This document shows positions 57,451 through 64,000 of a stretch of DNA of 64,000 nucleotides, in pieces. Under the pieces are notes generated by a model, which searched no databases, was not told the DNA's origin, and saw only the letters and a list, made by a program, of their open reading frames with translations. The position numbers and the translations under genes were made by a program. Position 1 is the stretch's first letter; the number at the start of each line of letters is the position of its first letter. Source of the DNA: Haliotis cracherodii (taxonomy: Eukaryota); contig NW_027266276.1 in NCBI RefSeq assembly GCF_022045235.1, positions 15,500,001 through 15,564,000 of the forward strand, given 5' to 3'.

Positions 57451-59256
57451 TGTGAAATAAGCGATAAGTTTCAGACTTGCAGCGCACACAGATTTTGTGA
57501 TCAACTGCATGTAGAATGATCGGCTGAGCGTATTTCTAAGACCTTGAAGTTGCAAGTGTTAGCTAAACAAATGTTATCGAATACCAAAGTTTTGATTCTA
57601 TACTCAAGAAATACAAAAGACTTCGCTATGGGATAGACATGTTTACTTTTAATTTAGTGTGTAAATGTTTCACCTTTATTTGAATTACTTTGTTTACGAC
57701 GTTGTCCATAGCAACAGAAGTATTGAAGTGGACTGCCTTATTGTGTATTTTTTTATGGAAACTGTTTTCAAATTGGTTGTTTTAAAAACCATTCCAGTTT
57801 ACCAGTGTGAAGGGGGAGATTTATGTTCCAAGTTCGACAGCCCTTGAACTAGCATACAACATCAGATAATGTTTTCGCCCTTGCTTCCCAGTGTATTATG
57901 TATTTGGCCCAAAACTCACAGTGTTCTCCATGTTAAGTATTAATTTTATGAATAGAGTCACATATGTTATATGTTATTTTTTTTAAAGCAAAATATTTAA
58001 AAAGCGTCACCTTTCCACATTTCTTCAGCGATCCTGACCATCTTATCCACTTAGTCACCTCTTATGACAAGCCTAGGTTCTTCTCGAAATCCCTAAGGGG
58101 AGACAATATTCCTATTCTCAATAGAAAACAAGGAAACAAAACGTAAACCATTGCAGTTGTATGGTCACAGTATATTTTGTAAGCAATCTTGAAGTTTTGT
58201 TATTTAAGAATACAGCCGTTCTTTGAAACATTTTTTTAAGTCATTGAGTGTCAACTATACAAATTGTTTGACACTACACCAATATCAACCAGTGGTAGAC
58301 CTCCTTGATGCTTCTGCAGTATTCACGTCTTTATATCCTTTAGAGTCCAGGTAGAAAAGCAATGTCCGCATACCATGTATGTGTATACCCCACTAGTGTA
58401 CTGGAGTCATTGATGCCTACTTATCTTTTCCAGGGTATGCACTTAAGTTTTATGTACATAACACACTTTGTTTATCAAAACAGGTATTTATTCCACATAA
58501 GTAAGAATAAGATATATGGACGAACAACTTCTTTATTACAATTGGGAGTGACGCTTCGGTGTTTCTGATGTTTGTCTTTGAAACAGGATGTTACTAAGAG
58601 TGAAGTATTTACATTGAGATATAAATCAATACCAGAAACTCTTGTTGGGACGTTACATACATCAATAGACACGTTTGTGGAACGTTTTAATTCACCACGT
58701 TATTGATTCGGGAAGTTGGAGGGTGAGGTATTGAAATAAGTGGAGGTCTTCACTTATGCATATACTCACTCGGGCCCTTCAGAAAGTTGGATCTAGAAAT
58801 ATATCATTTGGCCTTTAATCATTTAGTAATACACGCTTTAACCATATATTATGATACGTATCCTAGCTCTTATCTGCGATTAGGTAGCAATTTGTGATAA
58901 ATTATCTAAGCTTTCACATGTGTCTGTTCATCAAGTACTAACAGCTTTTGCAACATTGGCATTTAATATTGTGCCATGGTATATTTGAAGTCAGTAGGTG
59001 GGACACAATCTCCATACCTACAAAAACATGAGCAAAAACCAATTTCAGCAGTCTTACACGTGGGCACTATAGGTTTGATGACATGTCATTTGGGTTATTC
59101 AATGAATGATGTTTCAAGTTTTTTAGACAGTTTCAGCTGAGCTTCATTGATCTTTTATTATTCCTTAACCCTCACTAAGTATTTCCTTCTCTATTGTTAG
59201 TTCGGTGGCAGTGCCTGTTGCCCATCCATGGTTGGGGCGGTTGTGATATGGCTGTG

Positions 59257-60641
59257 ATAGACACACAGTCATGTAACTTGTAAAATGTCGTGTAATATAG
59301 ACACACAGTCATGTAGCTTGTAAAATGTCGTGTAATATAGACACACAGTCATGTAACTTGTAAAATGCCGTGTAATATAGACACACAGTCATGTAACTTG
59401 TAAAATGTCGTGTATTATAGACACATAGTCATGTAACTTGTAAAATGTCGTGTAATATAGACACACAGTCATGTAACTTGTAAAATGTCGTGTAATATAC
59501 ACACACAGACTTGTAACTTGTAAAATGCCGTGTAATATAGACACACAGTCATGTAACCTGTAAAATGCCGTGTAATATAGACACACAGTCATGTAACCTG
59601 TAAAATGCCGTGTAATATAGACACACAGTCATGTAACTTGTAAAATGCCGTGTAATATAGACACACAGTCATGTAACTTGTAAAATGCCGTGTAATATAG
59701 ACACACAGTCATGTAACTTGTAAAATGTCGTGTAATATAGACACACAGTCATGTAACTTGTAAAATGCCGTGTAATATAGACACACAGTCATGTAACTTG
59801 TAAAATGCTGTGTAATATAGACACACAGTCATGTAACCTGTAAAATGCCGTGTAATATAGACACACAGTCATGTAACCTGTAAAATGCCGTGTAATATAG
59901 ACACACAGTCATGTAACCTGTAAAATGTCGTGTAATATAGACACACAGTCATGTAACTTGTAAAATGCCGTGTAATATAGACACACAGTCATGTAACTTG
60001 TAAAATGCCGTGTAATATAGACACACAGTCATGTAACCTGTAAAATGCCGTGTAATATAGACACACAGTCATGTAACTTGTAAAATGCCGTGTAATATAG
60101 ACACACAGTCATGTAACCTGTAAAATGCCGTGTACTATAGACACACAGTCATGTAACTTGTAAAATGCTGTGTAATATAGACACACAGTCATGTAACCTG
60201 TAAAATGTCGTGTAATATAGACACACAGTCATGTAACTTGTAAAATGCCGTGTAATATAGACACACAGTCATGTAACTTGTAAAATGCCGTGTAATATAG
60301 ACACACAGTCATGTAACCTGTAAAATGTCGTGTAATATAGACACACAGTCATGTAACTTGTAAAATGCCGTGTAATATAGACACACAGTCATGTAACTTG
60401 TAAAATGCCGTGTAATATAGACACACAGTCATGTAACCTGTAAAATGCCGTGTAATATAGACACACAGTCATGTAACTTGTAAAATGCCGTGTAATATAG
60501 ACACACAGTCATGTAACCTGTAAAATGCCGTGTAATATAGACACACAGTCATGTAACTTGTAAAATGCCGTGTAATATAGACACACAGTCATGTAACCTG
60601 TAAAATGCCGTGTAATATAGACACACAATCATGTAACCTGT
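59257..60641. repeat. 40-bp minisatellite, ~34-35 highly homogeneous copies
   Basis: Unit ACACACAGTCATGTAAC(T/C)TGTAAAATG(C/T)CGTGTAATATAG. Confidence 0.98.
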
Positions 60642-61547
60642 ACATGGTGTAATGTGTAATGTAACTGATGTCAGCCTATGTCAGTCCAGCACATCCGCTC
60701 TGGCAGGGTAGGTGATGATGGTTGAAGACCGCCACCTGTTTGGGGCTCAGTGCAGCACGCTTCCTCCCTTGGCTGATTCCAGTCAACAGAATGACGAACG
60801 ATTTCCCGATCTGTCTTTACCTTGAAAATAATCAATTTTTATATTATCATAATGGGATATTGTATACACTGTAAAACAGATCAAGAAATTCCACTTAATA
60901 AATTTGTAAATTGAATTTATATTTGATAAGCTAATTGTGATTTTAATTCGGATTCATCGACGACTCCAAACTAAGTACCTCTGGTGGGTTCTTGTTGTCC
61001 AAGGTATTCTAACTCTGCATTCCAGGCAACTACGACTTCGACCAAGCCATTACATTGGTCGTAACTACGTTACCAATTATTGGAGAGATTTGCTGCTGCC
61101 GGCCTCTAGAGGTCTACATAAATGCCTGTTATGGTTGCTAATTTACAGAAGAAGGCACGTTGGGGTTGTGATACATTATTTTATCAGTACTATAGACATT
61201 ATTGCAGTAACAAAAGCATAGGTAGCCAATCTGCCTATGACGCCATCATCCCTATGCACTGATATATTACATATGGATCAGCAGGGTGCATACAATCATC
61301 TGTATTTGATTATGCCTTCAAACAAATATACATGAAACGTCTTTGCAACAGTTATTAATAGCATTATTTTAGCAAATAACATTACCATTTCCATATCTGT
61401 GAATGTAAACAATTGTTGGATTATGATATTGCTATAAGTTTTTGTCATGCATATGTTAAATCTTTTTCTGTAAATTTTATACATTTCATATTAGTAGAAT
61501 TATTGTAAGCTGAAATGTCACCAATCATGAATTGCCATAGTCCTGCT

Positions 61548-61750
61548 GTTTGTTTTATGTTTAACGCCGCACTAGGCAATGTTTCAGCTACATGACGGCA
61601 GTCTGTAAATAACCACGTTTGGACCAGACAATAAAGTGATCATAGATAGCACAAGGAGGCCATGGAATTGGAGTCACCTGGCATGGCTACCAGATCCATG
61701 TAGTTTCCCGACAAGCATGGGTTGCTTTGGACTAATATTGTTACCCAGAC
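61548..61750 (-). mobile_element. SINE family A, diverged copy
   Basis: TTTAACGCCGCACT...GACGGCAGTCTGTAAATA...CGACAAGCATGGGTTGCT on the + strand. Confidence 0.75.
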
Positions 61751-62595
61751 TCCCCACAGCTGAAACATTATGCTCATATGCTCTCAATTTCAGGTGTTAA
61801 TTGATTAATCTTTTTCCGGACTTTCATTCATAACTTGTTATATTATTGTTAAATCAGACCACATTTGAGCATTTTTAGGTTTGTATTGTTATTTGTTAAT
61901 TCAAGCAAAACCAATTTAATAACGATGCATTTATTTGAGACAGTGATAAAATCCCACTCGAAAAGGGCAGACGATTTGATATGCTGGGGTGAGATGTGTC
62001 TAAAACAATCATGTAATCAATTGTAGTTTTCTTTGGGTATTTGAAATAGGTTTACCTCCTACGAGCAGTCTTTTTCGGTATTTACAAACAAAAACAAAGA
62101 ACTACATTTTTTAAATATAATTCTGTCACTCATGCTGTTTAATGTGACTCCAAAAATGCATCTGAATTCATGCACTGCCCCAAGTGTGTCAGATATAGTG
62201 TGAGCTCATAGCATCGAAATACGTCTATGTGACAATAAACGCTTGTAGCGCTTGTCTGCATGTACGAGGGGTGGCTGAAACATTCGGAGTGTGATTAGGA
62301 AGGCTGTACAGTACACCCCTGACAGTTAGCATGTATTGAGTACAACACGTCCCAAGCTTACAGGCTGCAGTAGAACCTAAGACACAACCAGGCCGCATAT
62401 CTCTGCAGGCACCAAAGTGAATACAGTCCGTTTGCTGCAAACTTGTAACAATGAAAGGCAACCATTCGTCTTAAATTGCATGAAAGTTACATGTTAATTT
62501 GTCCATACCAACCCGTCAACATAATTTCAGACACTGTCATGAAATAGTTGTTTAAAAAACTATTATGTAATTGTTGGTGTTTTAATGTCTGTCGT

Positions 62596-63230
62596 TACAA
62601 GGGGGCATGTGAAATAAACATAAGGTTTAGAAGCAGACCCAACTGATTATTGCAGCCTATTGTGTAGTCTTGGTGAGTAATGGGTTTACCACTATCAGCC
62701 AGAGACTAAGCTACAGTCAAGCAGTGGAAACATCCAACTGATCTTGTTCCATCATCTGGCAAGGTGATGGATTCGGCTTCGGATGACTCCAAATGAATCC
62801 TACTGGTGGACTGCCTCCCGAAAGGTCAGAGCATTAATGGCCAATAGTATGAAAATCTGCTTAGCCAACTGCGTGAGGCTACACGTGGTGGAAAACATCT
62901 CCAAAGTATCTGTGTAACAGTGTATTTACTTGTGTCTTTACGCGGGTACGTATATGCAGCTTATCTTGAATGCTGACTACTTTCTTCTGAAAGTCGTGAC
63001 CTGAGGATGATGGCGTCTATGTCAATATGTTGACACTTCCTGGAACACAATAAAGTAACATTTTTATTTCTGTAACTTTATCGACTTCTCCCTTGCTGAG
63101 TTTAAATAATCTTCTTAAAACATGTGAAATGAAAAACTAGAGGTACACAGGTAGATAACTTCCTGTGTTATTTCATTGAACAACTTAGATTTGCCTGAGG
63201 CTTATGGCTTTCTTAGCGTTACCTAATGTT
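62596..63230 (+). mobile_element. Decayed mariner (Tc1/mariner) transposon
   Basis: GE*WVYHYQPETKLQS/KQWKHP and PSSGKVM...ILLVDCLPKGQSINGQ*YENLLSQLREA match mariner GDETWVxHYxPE and SAGKVM..G.TING.YY motifs; stops and frameshifts present; ends approximate. Confidence 0.8.
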
Positions 63231-63642
63231 CTATTTGTTTACCTGTTCCGGTGGATATAACACAAGTGAAGAAACTATTGAGTTCCGATGAGACAATAGC
63301 TCTACTCTTCACAAACAACTGGTTGACAGTCGACTATAGTTAACATTTACCCAAGTCTCACATGACAAGGGTGTCGACGCTACACAATGGATGCCATTGG
63401 CCTATTCTGTGCACCTCATCGTAAATGTACTTGTAATGGACAAGTGTAGATGTGTTTTTTTTATTGCTGTTAGGTTTCAGTTATTATCATGAACATATTT
63501 GCTTAGCTGTAATATATATTGTAACAGCATCAATGAGTTTATTTGATGTGAGGGGTAGGGATGGTGAAGCCTCGTGTTGAGATGAGCCCTTCCCTACATG
63601 GGAAGCAAATACTTCCTGTAGCCACGACTTCGTACCCTGTAC

Positions 63643-64000
63643 TGTTCCGCCTTTACTGTCCGGTGTTTTCTGCACTTCAACGTGAATTATTGACCGGTCA
63701 TTGTTGGGCAGTCAAAGTTATTAGTGACCAGTCAAAGTTGGATAGTAACTTATTAAAAGTTATTTGCGACCAGTAGCAGTCGTCTAAGGCGAAGCGATTC
63801 GCTGAGGCGTCCCTTGGAGACGCCAGAAACCTATGATTGTGGGTTCGAATCCCGGTTCGCCCCGATTATGTTCCGCCTTTACTGTCCGGTGTTTTCTGCA
63901 CTTCAACGTGAATTATTGACCGGTCATTGTTGGGCAGTCAAAGTTATTAGTGACCAGTCAAAGTTGGATAGTAACTTATTAAAAGTTATTTGCGACCAGT
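63643..64000. repeat. 226-bp tandem repeat containing a tRNA-Leu-like module (array runs off the window)
   Basis: The sequence from 63643 recurs at 63869; the unit contains GTCTAAGGCG and GTGGGTTCGAATCCC. Confidence 0.85.

Noticed and set aside
60675-61130. Two exon-like - strand segments
   Set aside because: Splice-like sites are present but there is no coherent or recognisable reading frame
63800-63832. Canonical hammerhead ribozyme in the 226-bp unit
   Set aside because: Reads CTGAGGC rather than CTGANGA, and stems I and III were not found

Overview
Eukaryotic genomic DNA. It is inferred to be invertebrate, probably a mollusc (gastropod/abalone-like), from its SINE families and gene content. 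Three spliced genes can be rebuilt by hand with GT-AG introns and consistent phases. (1) + strand: an 18-exon OSR1/SPAK (OXSR1/STK39, fray-type) STE20 kinase, 7901-28382, about 522 aa. (2) + strand: a 4-exon secreted GM2-activator-like (ML domain) protein, 46208-50283, 209 aa, ending in an unusual KK-EPCTGWLC-GRRRR tail. (3) - strand: a 3-exon secreted PAN/apple-mucin-EGF-fibrinogen-domain protein, 57450-51575, about 1631 aa. Between the first two lies a stack of mobile DNA: a decayed Polinton/Maverick-type DNA polymerase B relic, a 5'-truncated LINE, and a full-length BEL/Pao LTR retrotransposon (37071-44131). The LTR element has 642-bp LTRs that look identical, a 5-bp TSD, a tRNA-iMet PBS and one in-frame TGA in RT. 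The window also holds three SINE types, a long-TIR element, a MITE, a mariner relic and many minisatellites; most long ORFs in the track outside these genes are repeat artefacts. Best leads: an abundant SINE whose head is a predicted pseudoknot rather than a tRNA; a possible cleavable amidated cyclic peptide on the GM2AP-like protein; a CRE-like VNTR upstream of the kinase; repeats supplying branch-point motifs at kinase acceptors; and a U5 anti-PBS segment plus splice donor in the LTR. All comparisons were made by eye, with no searches run.
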